DNA of 64,000 bases from Patescibacteria group bacterium (GCA_028288925.1 JAQGHG010000010.1:8057-72056); one strand, 5' to 3'; shown: positions 29,059 through 38,989, counted from the first letter of the stretch. The notes: a model not told the origin generated them from the sequence alone. Numbers and translations: made by a program.

Positions 29059-30915
29059 TTACTTGCCGACCTGCGGCAGGACTTCCTTGATAGCCTGGGC
29101 GATGGTGAGGACACCAAGGCCGGAGTTTTTGATGATCTGGAGCTCGGCGTCCAGGTCGGCCGGCTTGGTGAGGTAGTCGGTATCGGTGGGGTCGATCGGC
29201 GTGGCTCCGACTTCGTGGTAGACCAGGATGAGCCAGGTCTTGTCACGCGCGGCTTGGTTGACCCATGCCTGCACCTGCGCCGGCGTAGTGCTGGCGTAAA
29301 TGTTCTGGACCTTGAGAGTCGTGAGGCTCAGGTTGTCCTTGGTGTTGTAGCCGGAGTCGGTGGAGCGCTGCGTCTGGTAGTACTTGAGGCCTTCGGTGAT
29401 AGTCTTGGCGTTGTAGGCGCCGAAGGGATAGGCGAAGTTGCTGATGGTGCCGCCGAAGTTGGCCTTAAGGGTGGTCTGGCTGTTTTTCATTTCGGCGGTC
29501 AGCTTGGCGGCCGTAAGCGTCGTGAGATCCGGGTGGGTCACGGAGTGCGAAGCAATCTCGCTCCCCTGAGCCTGCAGGGCTTTGATCTGGGTAACGCTCA
29601 TGTAGTCGGGCTGGTCGGTGAGCTCGCCGGAGATGATGTAGAAGGTGGCGGGCTCGTTGTACTTCTTGAGCAACGGCAGGGCGTTGGTGTACTGGTTGGT
29701 CCAGCCGTCGTCAAAGGTGAGGGTGACGAGGCCGCGGCTAAACGGTGAGGGCTGGTAGATCCCAAAGCTGTAGTCGTCGGTGGTCAAGTAGCCCTTGGCG
29801 GCGATGAGGTGGAAGACAGTAGCCGAGACGGCACCGGCCGGCATGTCGAATTCGGCTGAGGCTTGGGCCCAGGTCGTGGACGGCAGAACTTTGCCGAGGT
29901 AGAAGTATTGGACAGTACCGTTACTCATCGTGACGCCCACATCGATCTCGGTGTCGGTGTTTGACTGGTACCAGTCGGTGAAGCGGTAGTGACCGCCGAC
30001 TTTGACCGGCTGGGGGGCGTAGTTCCAGTTGGCCGAGCCGCTGGTATAGCTGGTGACGTTTACTTTTACACTGCGGGAGCTGGCATGGCCGGTGTTTTCG
30101 TAGGTAAAGGCCGGGGTGTTGGTGCCCCAATAGTCGGAGGCCCAGCCTTGAGGCGTGGCGCCGTTGGCCGTCTCAAGACCAGGGTTGGGTATGCCGGCTG
30201 CCGGTGTGGGCGTAGGAGACGGGCTGGGCGTGGGGCTCGGCGTAGGCGAGGCAGAAGGGTTGGGGGTAGGCGAAGGGCTGGGACTGGCCGAGGGAGAGGG
30301 GGTGACGGTAGGAGAAGGGCTGGGCGTAACGGTGGGCGACGGAGAGGGGCTGGGAGTCGGGCTAGGGGTCGCGGCGGTCTCGGCCAACGAGTAGTTGTCG
30401 GTCTTGAGTGTACCGTTGCCGGCAATCACATGGAAGACCGTGACGTTCTTGGCGCCGGCCGGGGTAGTAAAGTCGACGCTCAGCTGCTTCCAGCTCGCGC
30501 TAGCCGGCACGTCGGCCAGCCAGACATAGCTGTAGTTGCCGGCCGCATCTTGGACCTGAGCATCAAGTTCGGTAGCAACACCCGACTGATACCAGTCGCT
30601 AAAGGTGTACTTGGTGCTAGCAGCTACGGCTACGGGGCTAAAGTACCACTTGGCGTCACCGCTGGAATAGCCCGAAACGGTCAGCCCTAGCGAACGGGCG
30701 CCGTTTTGGGCCCCGGTGGAGTCATAGCTGAAAGCGGCCGTGTTGGTGCCCCAGCCACCTTGGCTCCAGCCGGAGGGAAGGGCGCCTGCGGCTGTTTCGA
30801 CCGACGGATTTGTAATGAGGTTTGCCCCGGCCGCACGTGCCACTTCGGCGAGTGGCTGGGCAATGATGGCTAGGATTAAAGTGATACCAGAAAGAGCGGC
30901 AATGAGGCGCTTCAT
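29059..30915 (-). CDS. Secreted CE4 polysaccharide deacetylase with two CBM-like domains and Pro/Ser/Thr linker
   Basis: Two NPS/GxET..DWYQS..DxYS modules; LTFDDGW, HSVTHP, FAYPFG and LVYH motifs. Confidence 0.92.
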   Translation of the reverse strand: MKRLIAALSGITLILAIIAQPLAEVARAAGANLITNPSVETAAGALPSGWSQGGWGTNTAAFSYDSTGAQNGARSLGLTVSGYSSGDAKWYFSPVAVAASTKYTFSDWYQSGVATELDAQVQDAAGNYSYVWLADVPASASWKQLSVDFTTPAGAKNVTVFHVIAGNGTLKTDNYSLAETAATPSPTPSPSPSPTVTPSPSPTVTPSPSASPSPSPTPNPSASPTPSPTPSPSPTPTPAAGIPNPGLETANGATPQGWASDYWGTNTPAFTYENTGHASSRSVKVNVTSYTSGSANWNYAPQPVKVGGHYRFTDWYQSNTDTEIDVGVTMSNGTVQYFYLGKVLPSTTWAQASAEFDMPAGAVSATVFHLIAAKGYLTTDDYSFGIYQPSPFSRGLVTLTFDDGWTNQYTNALPLLKKYNEPATFYIISGELTDQPDYMSVTQIKALQAQGSEIASHSVTHPDLTTLTAAKLTAEMKNSQTTLKANFGGTISNFAYPFGAYNAKTITEGLKYYQTQRSTDSGYNTKDNLSLTTLKVQNIYASTTPAQVQAWVNQAARDKTWLILVYHEVGATPIDPTDTDYLTKPADLDAELQIIKNSGLGVLTIAQAIKEVLPQVGK

Positions 30916-30937
30916 ATTTGAGTTCCTTTGAGCTTAG

Positions 30938-31096
30938 ATTCCGGTCGGGCGCCAGTCTCCTACGGACCTAACGTCCAACCGGCCCGGGAGCGCTCTCTTG
31001 AATGCGCGATGCTCCCGGACGGTTGATGTGATGATTGCGGCATCCTAACTCGCGCGGGGTCAGGATACCAGGGGGTGTGGGTTTTTGACCGGCGCC
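30938..31096 (-). ncRNA. Candidate structured intergenic/cis-regulatory RNA
   Basis: Minus-strand stems GGCGCCGGUC/GACUGGCGCC, GGUAUCCUGAC/GUUAGGAUGCC and CAACCGUCCGGGAGC/GCUCCCGGGCCGGUUG. Confidence 0.45.
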
Positions 31097-31207
31097 TTAA
31101 TGGATGACACCGAAGAGTGAGAGCAGTAAACCGCCCGTACTCACGAGATGATATCCAACGAAGGCGACCAAAAATCCGGTACCAGCCAGCTTAACATAAC
31201 GCTTCAT
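31097..31207 (-). CDS. 36-aa hydrophobic micro-protein (not in ORF track)
   Basis: MKRYVKLAGTGFLVAFVGYHLVSTGGLLLSLFGVIH; ATG 2 nt after the stop of the LPQTG gene. Confidence 0.6.
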   Translation of the reverse strand: MKRYVKLAGTGFLVAFVGYHLVSTGGLLLSLFGVIH

Positions 31208-31209
31208 GA

Positions 31210-31389
31210 TTAGCGCTTGTTAAATTTGGCCATGGCGGCGTAGACGATCGCCCAAACGGCGAGGCCGGCGGCGGCGGCGATGGCAATCGCGACAGCGCTG
31301 TGCATGCCCGTCTGGGGCAGAACGGCGGCGGTGGCGGCACCGAGAACGGCGGGAACAACCCCACCCTTGCCAGGTTCAATGCTCGACAT
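31210..31389 (-). CDS. 59-aa LPXTG (LPQTG) sorting-signal micro-protein
   Basis: AAAGGA RBS; MSSIEPGKGGVVPAVLGAATAAV-LPQTG-TM-KFNKR. Confidence 0.8.
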   Translation of the reverse strand: MSSIEPGKGGVVPAVLGAATAAVLPQTGMHSAVAIAIAAAAGLAVWAIVYAAMAKFNKR

Positions 31390-31412
31390 ATTATGTCCTT
31401 TCGTTAAATTAC

Positions 31413-32504
31413 TTACCTTGCGACATTGGTCACAATGCGGTATCGGCGGCCAGCTACATCCCACCCGGCTTGGGGTGAGTTGAATTTGCGCTGGACGACG
31501 ATTTCGTACCAGGACCGAATAAATATGATCAAGCTAACAAAGCGCAGTATGTAGAACAAGGGAAAGGCGCCCATTACATTGGAGCGGGGGTTTTTGGCCG
31601 CGGCCCACATCGTAAACAGGGTGAAGATCAGGAGGTCGCTAAGGAACATGAGGGCTAGCGGACGATAATTTTGCCCCCACCAAGCCATGAAAGGCAGAAC
31701 GGTAAGCTGGGCGACCAGAATCCACTGCTCGAACATGACATAGCTCAGGTAGGCATCGATCTTTTGCGGGTGAAGCCCCACGCGATGGCGCATCATTACC
31801 TGGAAGTTACCCCGGTACCAGCGGCTGATTTGCTTCATGTAGTCAGTGAGGTCTTTGGGGTCTTGCGTGAAGGTTTTGGCCTGCGGAATGTAGGCAATCT
31901 TGCCGAGCCGGCCGCGGTGAATCTGCAGGGTGATGTCCATGTCCTCGGTGAGTGAGTCGACAGAGAAATCCAGCTTGTTCAGAATATCGGTACGGAACAC
32001 CGAGGTGGGTCCAGGGATAACCGGAATGACACCAAGGAACGCTTGGATCCGGCGCAAGATCTCCAGACCAAGCGTGTACTCATAGGTGCGGTACTTGGAG
32101 ATCCAGCCACCTTGCAAGCTCTGGATGTACCCGGTAGCGGCAACGTATTCGCGCGACAAGCGTGACTGCAGCTCACTAAAATAGGTGATGGCGAAGACGC
32201 CGTCGGCGTCGGCGATGTGCAGCCACTCGTAGCGGCTGATGATGCCGAAATGCTCGATGGCGTGCAGGATGGCCTTGGCCTTGCCACTCTGAGGCTGGTC
32301 GAGAATATTCTTGGCGGCTAACAGTTCTGAGGCTATTTTGACCGTGTCGTCCTTGGAGCCGTCGGACACTACGAAGATGTCGGCCGGGTGCTGGCCCGCG
32401 GCGATTGCCGAGTGTATAGTGTCGGCGATAACCATCTCCTCGTTGTGCGCGGGGATGACGAGAGCGAGCTTGCGTTTCTTAAACTGGTAGCGATTGAAGA
32501 TCAT
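31413..32504 (-). CDS. Processive GT2 glycosyltransferase
   Basis: IPAHNEE, SDGSKD, GKAKA, DAD, LTEDMD and QISRWYRG motifs; C-terminal TMs. Confidence 0.92.
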   Translation of the reverse strand: MIFNRYQFKKRKLALVIPAHNEEMVIADTIHSAIAAGQHPADIFVVSDGSKDDTVKIASELLAAKNILDQPQSGKAKAILHAIEHFGIISRYEWLHIADADGVFAITYFSELQSRLSREYVAATGYIQSLQGGWISKYRTYEYTLGLEILRRIQAFLGVIPVIPGPTSVFRTDILNKLDFSVDSLTEDMDITLQIHRGRLGKIAYIPQAKTFTQDPKDLTDYMKQISRWYRGNFQVMMRHRVGLHPQKIDAYLSYVMFEQWILVAQLTVLPFMAWWGQNYRPLALMFLSDLLIFTLFTMWAAAKNPRSNVMGAFPLFYILRFVSLIIFIRSWYEIVVQRKFNSPQAGWDVAGRRYRIVTNVAR

Positions 32505-32638
32505 GATTTTCTCAAAAAAGAAAAGGGTCCCTGAACTACATTCAGAAGTACCCTCTCTTGAACTTTTCCTTAGCTAGTACGTTACCTCATTTTTGTAGTT
32601 GTGTCAAGCTTATGTTAAAACAATACTTCTTATGATTG

Positions 32639-34033
32639 TTACGGCTTAACCTGAGACTTGATTTCGGTGTATGCCTGGTGCATGGTCTCGATGGTGAGAC
32701 CCGATACCTTGATGGCTTGGAGGTCGTGTTCGAAGTCTGCCGGGTGGCGGGCGTAGGAGCTGGGGCCGTTATCGATCTGGTGATACACCAGGATGAGCCA
32801 AGCGTGGTTGACGCGGGCGGTCTCTAGCCACGAATTGAGCTGCTCGGCCGAGGTGTTGGCGGTCATGTTCTGGACCATCAGACCGTAGGGATCGAGGTTG
32901 TCGGCGGTATTGAACCCGACATCGGTGGAGCGTGAGGTCTGATAGTTTTTCTGGACTTGGGCGGTGGTGGCAGCGTTGTAGGCGCCGTACGGCGGCGCGA
33001 AATCTGTCGGCTTGCCGTAGCACCTGGTGAGGTCCTTGTCGGAACGTTCAAGTTGGAACGCGGCGGCTTCGGCCTTCTGTTTCGTGAGGTCGGCGTGGTC
33101 TACCGTGTGCGATGCGATCTCGTGCCCGGCGTTGCGGAAGTCGTACAGTTGGCCGGGGGTAACGTAATCCTTCTCTTGGCCGACGTAGCCGGAAATGATG
33201 TACTGCGTGGAAGCGATGTTGTAGCGCTGCATAAGCGGCAGGGCATTGTCGTGAATGGAGCGCCAGCCGTCGTCAAAGGTGAGGGTGACGATGGGCCGGC
33301 TGAAGCCCTGTACCGTGGCCGGCTCCAGCGAGAAGTCGTCGGTCTCGAGGAAGCCCTTGCCGGCTAGAGGATGAAAAACCATGGCTTCGGTAACATCCTT
33401 GGGTATAAAGAATGACGCCTGGTACTGTGTCCAACCCGACGCGGGGGCGGCGACCTTGAGGTTGATGTATTGAGTGTGGCCGGCGGCGTCTCTGAGCATC
33501 AGGATAGCCCGGGTAGAAACATCCGAACGGTAATAATCGGAGTAGCGGTAGTAACCGCCAGGCTGTACCTTCACGGCATTGTAGTACCAGTCGGCGTCGC
33601 CGTCGGTGTAATTGGTAATGGCCGTCCGAACAGCATTAGCTGAGCCGTGGCCGGGCACGAGGCCGAAGGTGGCGTTATTTTTACCGTAGATATTGGTGCT
33701 CCAGCTGTACGGCGAAATACCGGTGGTATCCTCCACGTCGCCGTTCGGGACGAGGTCGGCGCCGGCAATCTCGGTGCTCCTAAGCTTAGCGCCCTTCGCT
33801 ACCGGAGTAGCTACGGTGGTGGCTCGAGAAGTTACCGCGTCGCCGGTATCGGAATCGGCGGCCACGACCTCAGCTTTGTCGCTGTGGTGCACAAAGGCGC
33901 CGGCACTACAGCGCGATTCAGTAATGGCGCGGCCGAGGTCTAGGCCGTTACGGCCGGCCACGTAGGAACCGCTGGCAATAGTGAGCGTAATAGCTGCTAC
34001 TATGATGGCTTTGCGAGGGAATTTCATTTGCAT
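32639..34033 (-). CDS. CE4 polysaccharide deacetylase with one CBM-like domain
   Basis: LTFDDGW, HTVDHA, FAPPYG and LVYH motifs; paralogous to the C-terminal part of 29059..30915. Confidence 0.92.
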   Translation of the reverse strand: MQMKFPRKAIIVAAITLTIASGSYVAGRNGLDLGRAITESRCSAGAFVHHSDKAEVVAADSDTGDAVTSRATTVATPVAKGAKLRSTEIAGADLVPNGDVEDTTGISPYSWSTNIYGKNNATFGLVPGHGSANAVRTAITNYTDGDADWYYNAVKVQPGGYYRYSDYYRSDVSTRAILMLRDAAGHTQYINLKVAAPASGWTQYQASFFIPKDVTEAMVFHPLAGKGFLETDDFSLEPATVQGFSRPIVTLTFDDGWRSIHDNALPLMQRYNIASTQYIISGYVGQEKDYVTPGQLYDFRNAGHEIASHTVDHADLTKQKAEAAAFQLERSDKDLTRCYGKPTDFAPPYGAYNAATTAQVQKNYQTSRSTDVGFNTADNLDPYGLMVQNMTANTSAEQLNSWLETARVNHAWLILVYHQIDNGPSSYARHPADFEHDLQAIKVSGLTIETMHQAYTEIKSQVKP

Positions 34034-34104
34034 ATGTTATCCCGCTTTTGTCTAATTGTCAAGTATATGTTGCGGCTGCGTTTCTTATGCCCCTACTTCT
34101 ATTC

Positions 34105-34746
34105 TCAGGGACAATCGCGCGTTTCTTTGGATGCGCGAAAACTAATCGGCGCGGGAAGCCTGGCGGTGCGCACGATGTAGTAACGGTCGGTGACCTTCTG
34201 CGTGACGATACATTTGGCACCTGATATTTGCTCGGTAACGTCGACGGCAGTGCCAGCGGGGCTCGTGATAATACCCGTAACCTTCAGGTTGTACCCACCG
34301 GTAGCGCGAGGGCCTTCGCTGAGCGCGATGACGTTGCTGGTAGTGAAATCGACGGGCAAAAGCGGCGGCAACGGCTTAATATTGGCGTGGACCGCGGCCC
34401 AATACCGCTCCCACTGTGCCTGGGAGGTGATGATTTCCTGGCGTTGGGGGTAGGCGCCACGGCTGTCGCCTTCTACCAAAAGTTGAAACTCTTGCGAGAC
34501 ACCAGGCTCGGATATGGGGACCGGCGAGCCGCGCGGACCCACATAGGTGTGACCCTTTGCTACACAAGCGGGCGGTTCGCTCTCCATGATCGGGTAGCCG
34601 GCCCGGGCGCAAGCCGCGTATGAATCGATGGGCTCGGTAGGATGGCCCCGCAGCAGCCAGACCGCGCCGGCTAGCATGACGGCGAGACCCGTGAATACGA
34701 TGATTCGGTGCTTGTGCTTGGCCCAAATGAGAGCTAGCGGTGTCAT
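34105..34746 (-). CDS. Membrane-anchored protein with PrcB C-terminal-like domain
   Basis: SYAACARAGYPIMESEPPAC motif; VDF..VIA..G...TGGY..CIVTQ. Confidence 0.7.
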   Translation of the reverse strand: MTPLALIWAKHKHRIIVFTGLAVMLAGAVWLLRGHPTEPIDSYAACARAGYPIMESEPPACVAKGHTYVGPRGSPVPISEPGVSQEFQLLVEGDSRGAYPQRQEIITSQAQWERYWAAVHANIKPLPPLLPVDFTTSNVIALSEGPRATGGYNLKVTGIITSPAGTAVDVTEQISGAKCIVTQKVTDRYYIVRTARLPAPISFRASKETRDCP

Positions 34747-34752
34747 CGTGGC

Positions 34753-35349
34753 CTACAGCTCTTTCGTGAGATCTTCGGGGAGTTTGCTGTTCTTGGATTC
34801 GACTATGTCGATGAGCTCGTCGACGAGCGCCACCGGATCGTGGCCGAAGATAATGCCGGTACGGGCGCGCTTGGCGGCCTTGAGGACGCGCTCAACTTCT
34901 TCGGTCATGCCGCCGGAGCCTAGCAGGACACCGATGGGTTTGCGCTCCTCGATGGCGATGGTGAGCTCGTTGAGTGTGCCGATGCGGCCGCCGACCATTA
35001 CGACGGCGTCGCAGGAGCGCACCAGCAGCAGGTTGCGGCCGGTGTACTCGAAGCCGGTGAAGACCACGGTGTCGAAGGCGTCGAGGGGCAACTGGTACTT
35101 CTTGACGTGGGCCAGGCGGCTGGCGGCCGGCGAGAAGCCGATGGAGGTGACGTGTTCGCCGCCGGCTTTCTTGGCGGCGATGGCCGCGTAGTACGGCAGA
35201 CCGCGGGTGGCGCCGGTGACTACCAGATGCCCCCGCCGGACGATCTCGTGCGCGACCTCGCCGGCCAAGCCTTTGGCCAGCTCGACGCTATCGCCGCGGG
35301 CCGCGCCGGATACGCAGATTTGGTAGCGCAACGGCGGCATTTTTGGCAT
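34753..35349 (-). CDS. LOG/DprA-like Rossmann protein (TIGR00725-like)
   Basis: VTGA..GLP, GRNLLLVRS.D and GGRIGTLNE motifs. Confidence 0.85.
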   Translation of the reverse strand: MPKMPPLRYQICVSGAARGDSVELAKGLAGEVAHEIVRRGHLVVTGATRGLPYYAAIAAKKAGGEHVTSIGFSPAASRLAHVKKYQLPLDAFDTVVFTGFEYTGRNLLLVRSCDAVVMVGGRIGTLNELTIAIEERKPIGVLLGSGGMTEEVERVLKAAKRARTGIIFGHDPVALVDELIDIVESKNSKLPEDLTKEL

Positions 35350-36596
35350 TATTTGACCTCCCGCGTGAGGCTTTCGGGCTTAATGATGGCGTTGTCGAGC
35401 TTGCCGAGGAGTTGCTCCTCGAGGACTTTTTCGCCCAGATAGCGCGCGAATACTTCGTTCCAGAGCGCCTCACGGAAATGGTACAGGTAGCGGTCCGGGT
35501 AGGCTATGGCATTGGAATAGCCCAGGCTGAGGTCCATGAGGTTGAACGTGACGGTGTCGTGAGATTCGCCCTTGAGGACGGCTACGTAGTCGAGACCGCG
35601 CCAAAAATCGAGTTCGGGATCGATTTCGTAGAGGATGTCTTCGGCGCGGCGCCAATGCAGGTCTTCGGGCTGGACGTGCGGCTCGAAGATTTCGGGATGA
35701 TTCTCATTCTTGAGCTTGCCGAAGTAGCGCTGGATGACGCGCCAGTGGATGTGGGCATTGTCGGTTATTTTGACGTGCGCGGGGTCGGCGATGAGGGTGT
35801 CGGAAACTATGGCGCCGAAATTCTTTTTGGCTTGCATAAGCTTAAAGAACGAACTGTAGAGACGGATTTCATTGAAGTAATGAAACAGCAGCGGCATGAC
35901 CTTGAGCGTAATACCCGTCATGTGGGTTTCCTTCATGGGCATAATGGCGATGGCGCCCATTTCTTTGGAATGGGTGATGTTGTGGCGTTTTTTGGCGATA
36001 AAGTGCTCGGCGACGTCACCCCATTTTTCGACTGCGAATGGTACCACCCGAATGCGGCGCGGCTCGAAATCCTCGGGGGTAAGGTCGAGATATTGGCGGT
36101 CGAAGCCGTTGAGCCAGTCGGCGTCTTCGACGAAACGCAGGGCCAGGAAGAGCTCATAAATATCCTCGTGCTCGAGCAGGGCCGAGACCAGGTGGTAGCC
36201 GAGGCGGTCCATGATGGCCATGGGTGGGTTGCGGCGGAGCATGTCGCGGGCCTTGGCCTCGGTGAGAAACCAGCCGTCCTTGGGCAATGGCGCGGCTTCG
36301 GCGGCTTTGACGATGAGCGGGATCATTTCGCGCAGATCGCTGGGGTCGGCGCCGCCGATGGCCTTGGCCAAATGGGCGTCGTGGAGGCCGACCTGCTTGA
36401 TGAGCGCGTCGTAGAGCTCCGGTCCGGTCGCATCGGCGGAAAGTCCAAGTTGTTTGGCGGTGCGGGCGGCTTTTTGGGCAATCTCGGCGCCCAGCTTTAC
36501 ATCTACGCCTTTTTGGTGCGTGCGCAGCTCGAGCTGGTGCAAGGCGTGGTCGAAGAGGGGTTCTTTGGCCTGGAGAAAGCGCCCGATGGTACTCAT
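35349..36596 (-). CDS. Hypothetical 415-aa soluble protein, translationally coupled to PfkB
   Basis: ATGA overlap with PfkB; strong host-like codon bias; no family recognised. Confidence 0.8.
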   Translation of the reverse strand: MSTIGRFLQAKEPLFDHALHQLELRTHQKGVDVKLGAEIAQKAARTAKQLGLSADATGPELYDALIKQVGLHDAHLAKAIGGADPSDLREMIPLIVKAAEAAPLPKDGWFLTEAKARDMLRRNPPMAIMDRLGYHLVSALLEHEDIYELFLALRFVEDADWLNGFDRQYLDLTPEDFEPRRIRVVPFAVEKWGDVAEHFIAKKRHNITHSKEMGAIAIMPMKETHMTGITLKVMPLLFHYFNEIRLYSSFFKLMQAKKNFGAIVSDTLIADPAHVKITDNAHIHWRVIQRYFGKLKNENHPEIFEPHVQPEDLHWRRAEDILYEIDPELDFWRGLDYVAVLKGESHDTVTFNLMDLSLGYSNAIAYPDRYLYHFREALWNEVFARYLGEKVLEEQLLGKLDNAIIKPESLTREVK

Positions 36597-37564
36597 AGCG
36601 TAGTGATCTTTAATTTCATGCGTTTGACGCGCTGGGTCTTGAGGATGCCGGTCTTGCCGCCGATCTGGGCGACGACGCTGGAGGCGTTGGCGGCCGCCAG
36701 GCTGAGGGCGTCTTCCATAACGAGGCCCCGGGCGAGGCCGGCCACGAAGCCGGAGCCGAAGGCGTCGCCGGCGCCGAGGCGGTCCACGGGTTTCGCCTTC
36801 TGGTAGACGCCGGCCTGGTAGAGCTTGCCGGTGGCCGAGGCGTAGGAGCCGGCCGGGCCGTTGGTGCCGATCACATAGGGGCAGGTGTCGGCGGCGCGGA
36901 CGACGGTCTCGCGGACGTCTTCGCCGCCAAACAGTACGCGCAGCTCCTCGGCGTTGGCTTTGAGCACCGTCACGAGCGGCAGGAGGCTGCGCAGCTTCTT
37001 GGTCTGCGCCAGCTCGGCGTTGCCGGGATCGAGCGCCACTTGGATGCCGTGATTGTTGGCGTGCTTGAGCAGCTTGCCGAGCAGGTCCATGTTGCCAGCT
37101 AGCGAGGTAATGTAAAACCAGTCGGCTTCGAGCGTGCGGATGGCAATCTCTTTGGCCTTGAGTTCGTGTGAGGCGCCGCGGTGTGTTAGGATGGTGCGTT
37201 CGCCGCTGGGCGCCAGCAGGATGGTGGAATAACCGGTGCCGAGCTTGGTGTCATAAACGAGACGGTCGAGCGCCACGCCTTCGCGGCGCAGAGCCCGCAC
37301 GACTTCGCCGCCGGCTGGGTCGTGGCCGATCTTGCCGACGTATCCCGCCTGCAAGCCTTGCCGGGCAAAGGTAACGGCCGCATTAGTGGCGCCGCCGCCG
37401 GTATCGAAGTAGACATTGTCGACATCGATCTTGGCGCCGAGCGGGAACTGCTCGACGTAATCCCGGGTACGGACATCGCGCCGGGCATGCAGCGCTTTGC
37501 CGCTCAGGAAGACGTCTTGAGTAGCGGCGCCGAATGTTAGAATTTTGACATTTATATCAGCCAT
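36593..37564 (-). CDS. PfkB family carbohydrate kinase
   Basis: TGGGATNAA and DRLGAGDAFGSG signatures. Confidence 0.93.
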   Translation of the reverse strand: MADINVKILTFGAATQDVFLSGKALHARRDVRTRDYVEQFPLGAKIDVDNVYFDTGGGATNAAVTFARQGLQAGYVGKIGHDPAGGEVVRALRREGVALDRLVYDTKLGTGYSTILLAPSGERTILTHRGASHELKAKEIAIRTLEADWFYITSLAGNMDLLGKLLKHANNHGIQVALDPGNAELAQTKKLRSLLPLVTVLKANAEELRVLFGGEDVRETVVRAADTCPYVIGTNGPAGSYASATGKLYQAGVYQKAKPVDRLGAGDAFGSGFVAGLARGLVMEDALSLAAANASSVVAQIGGKTGILKTQRVKRMKLKITTL

Positions 37565-37723
37565 TACATCTGATGATAGCAGTTATGCTTTGAGAATGAT
37601 AGCGCTTTTGGTTGACTATTATCTCTTATTGTGGTATTTGTTTATTTATCGTGTGTGCGAATTTGCGCAGACGCCGTAATGCGGTCTAACGGCCGCTCAC
37701 AACTTGTCCGAGATTGGAAATAG

Positions 37724-38011
37724 ATGACCATCACCATCTTTGATGGCTGCGCCGTCCCCGTCGCTGCGCCCGCGCGTCCCGGGAGACACCGGCGCCATGT
37801 CCGTCGCTCGGCGGCTTGGGCGGTCGCCACGGCACTCCCCCGCCTCGTTTGGTGGCTCGTGAAGGCCATAGGCCGGGCCGTGGGAAGTGACCCGCTGATG
37901 TGGATCGTCGTCCCCCGCCCTTTTTGGGCGGTTTTTTGTTTGTGCGCGGCTTCATCGGTTTGCCATTATGCAATTAAAATGAATGCCCTAGATGGTTATG
38001 GCTTTGTGTAG
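37724..38011 (+). CDS. Possible small hypothetical protein
   Basis: ORF fills a gap between minus-strand genes after a TTGACT promoter-like stretch; no recognisable motif. Confidence 0.3.
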   Translation: MTITIFDGCAVPVAAPARPGRHRRHVRRSAAWAVATALPRLVWWLVKAIGRAVGSDPLMWIVVPRPFWAVFCLCAASSVCHYAIKMNALDGYGFV

Positions 38012-38098
38012 CTAAATATTTCTCCCTCGACAGCAAAGAGTGTTCAGTTTTATTGAATAGTGAGAGCTCTGCGTATAGCAACCGTGAGGTAGGGCTCT

Positions 38099-38989
38099 CT
38101 AGCCCTGAGTTTTGCCGGCCGAGCCGAAGACATCCATCTTGTGTTCAACGACGGCCTGGATCGCATCGAGCACCGGGCCCATTAGCTTGATGACGGCGAA
38201 TTGGTCGGGGTTGGCTTTGAGCTGGGTTTCGAGGGTAGTGCGGAAGGCCCGGCGCATTTCGGAATTGATGTTGATCTTGGAGACGCCGCGCTCCACCGCG
38301 CCGCGGAACTGGTCGTCGGGCGTGCCGGAGCCGCCGTGGAGCGAGAGGTAGCCCGGCACTTCCTCGCGGATAGCGGCGAGCAGGTCGAGGTCGAGCTGCT
38401 TGGGCACGGGATACAGGCCGTGCAGGTTGCCGACGGCCACGGCGAAGGTGTCGATGCCGGTGGTCTCAATGAACTTAAAGGCTTCTTTCGGCTTGGTGAA
38501 GGTCTTCTTTACGACCTCGTAATCCATGGCTTCTTTGAACACATTGGAGCCGCCGCCGAAGTAGTGCGGCTCGCTCTCTACCATCGCGCCGGTCTTTTTG
38601 GCGTACTCGACGACTTCTTTGGTGGCGGCTATAATTTCCGCTTCGGTGTCGTCATGATTGGCTTGGCTGACATCAATGTGAATAAATTCAAACCCGGCGT
38701 CAATACCGGCCTTTGCATCCTCTACACTGGGCGAATGATCGAGGTTGATGTACATTTCGATGTCGAATTCGGTCTTATAATTATCAACGATGCAGCGCAG
38801 ATTATGCAGGCCGATGAGCTTGGCTTCGTCCTTGGAGACCTCGACGAGCACCGGGGACTTCTTGGCGGCGGCGGCGCGGGCGATGGCCAGGAGCGTCTCT
38901 AGATTGTCGATATTAAAAGCGCCTAAGGCAAACTTTTCTTGCCTGGTACGGGCGTAGAGTGCGCGGGCGGCTTCGGTGTTGGAATGCAT
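38099..38989 (-). CDS. fba: Class II fructose-bisphosphate aldolase
   Basis: GAFN, NLDH, AVGNLHG, LHGGSG and KININSE motifs. Confidence 0.92.
   Translation of the reverse strand: MHSNTEAARALYARTRQEKFALGAFNIDNLETLLAIARAAAAKKSPVLVEVSKDEAKLIGLHNLRCIVDNYKTEFDIEMYINLDHSPSVEDAKAGIDAGFEFIHIDVSQANHDDTEAEIIAATKEVVEYAKKTGAMVESEPHYFGGGSNVFKEAMDYEVVKKTFTKPKEAFKFIETTGIDTFAVAVGNLHGLYPVPKQLDLDLLAAIREEVPGYLSLHGGSGTPDDQFRGAVERGVSKININSEMRRAFRTTLETQLKANPDQFAVIKLMGPVLDAIQAVVEHKMDVFGSAGKTQG

Noticed and set aside
35343-36806. Long antisense ORFs (also 28834..29748, 48637..49542, 10446..11390, 55256..56236, 57406..58287)
   Set aside because: Shadow frames of high-GC genes on the opposite strand, with no motifs or start signals.
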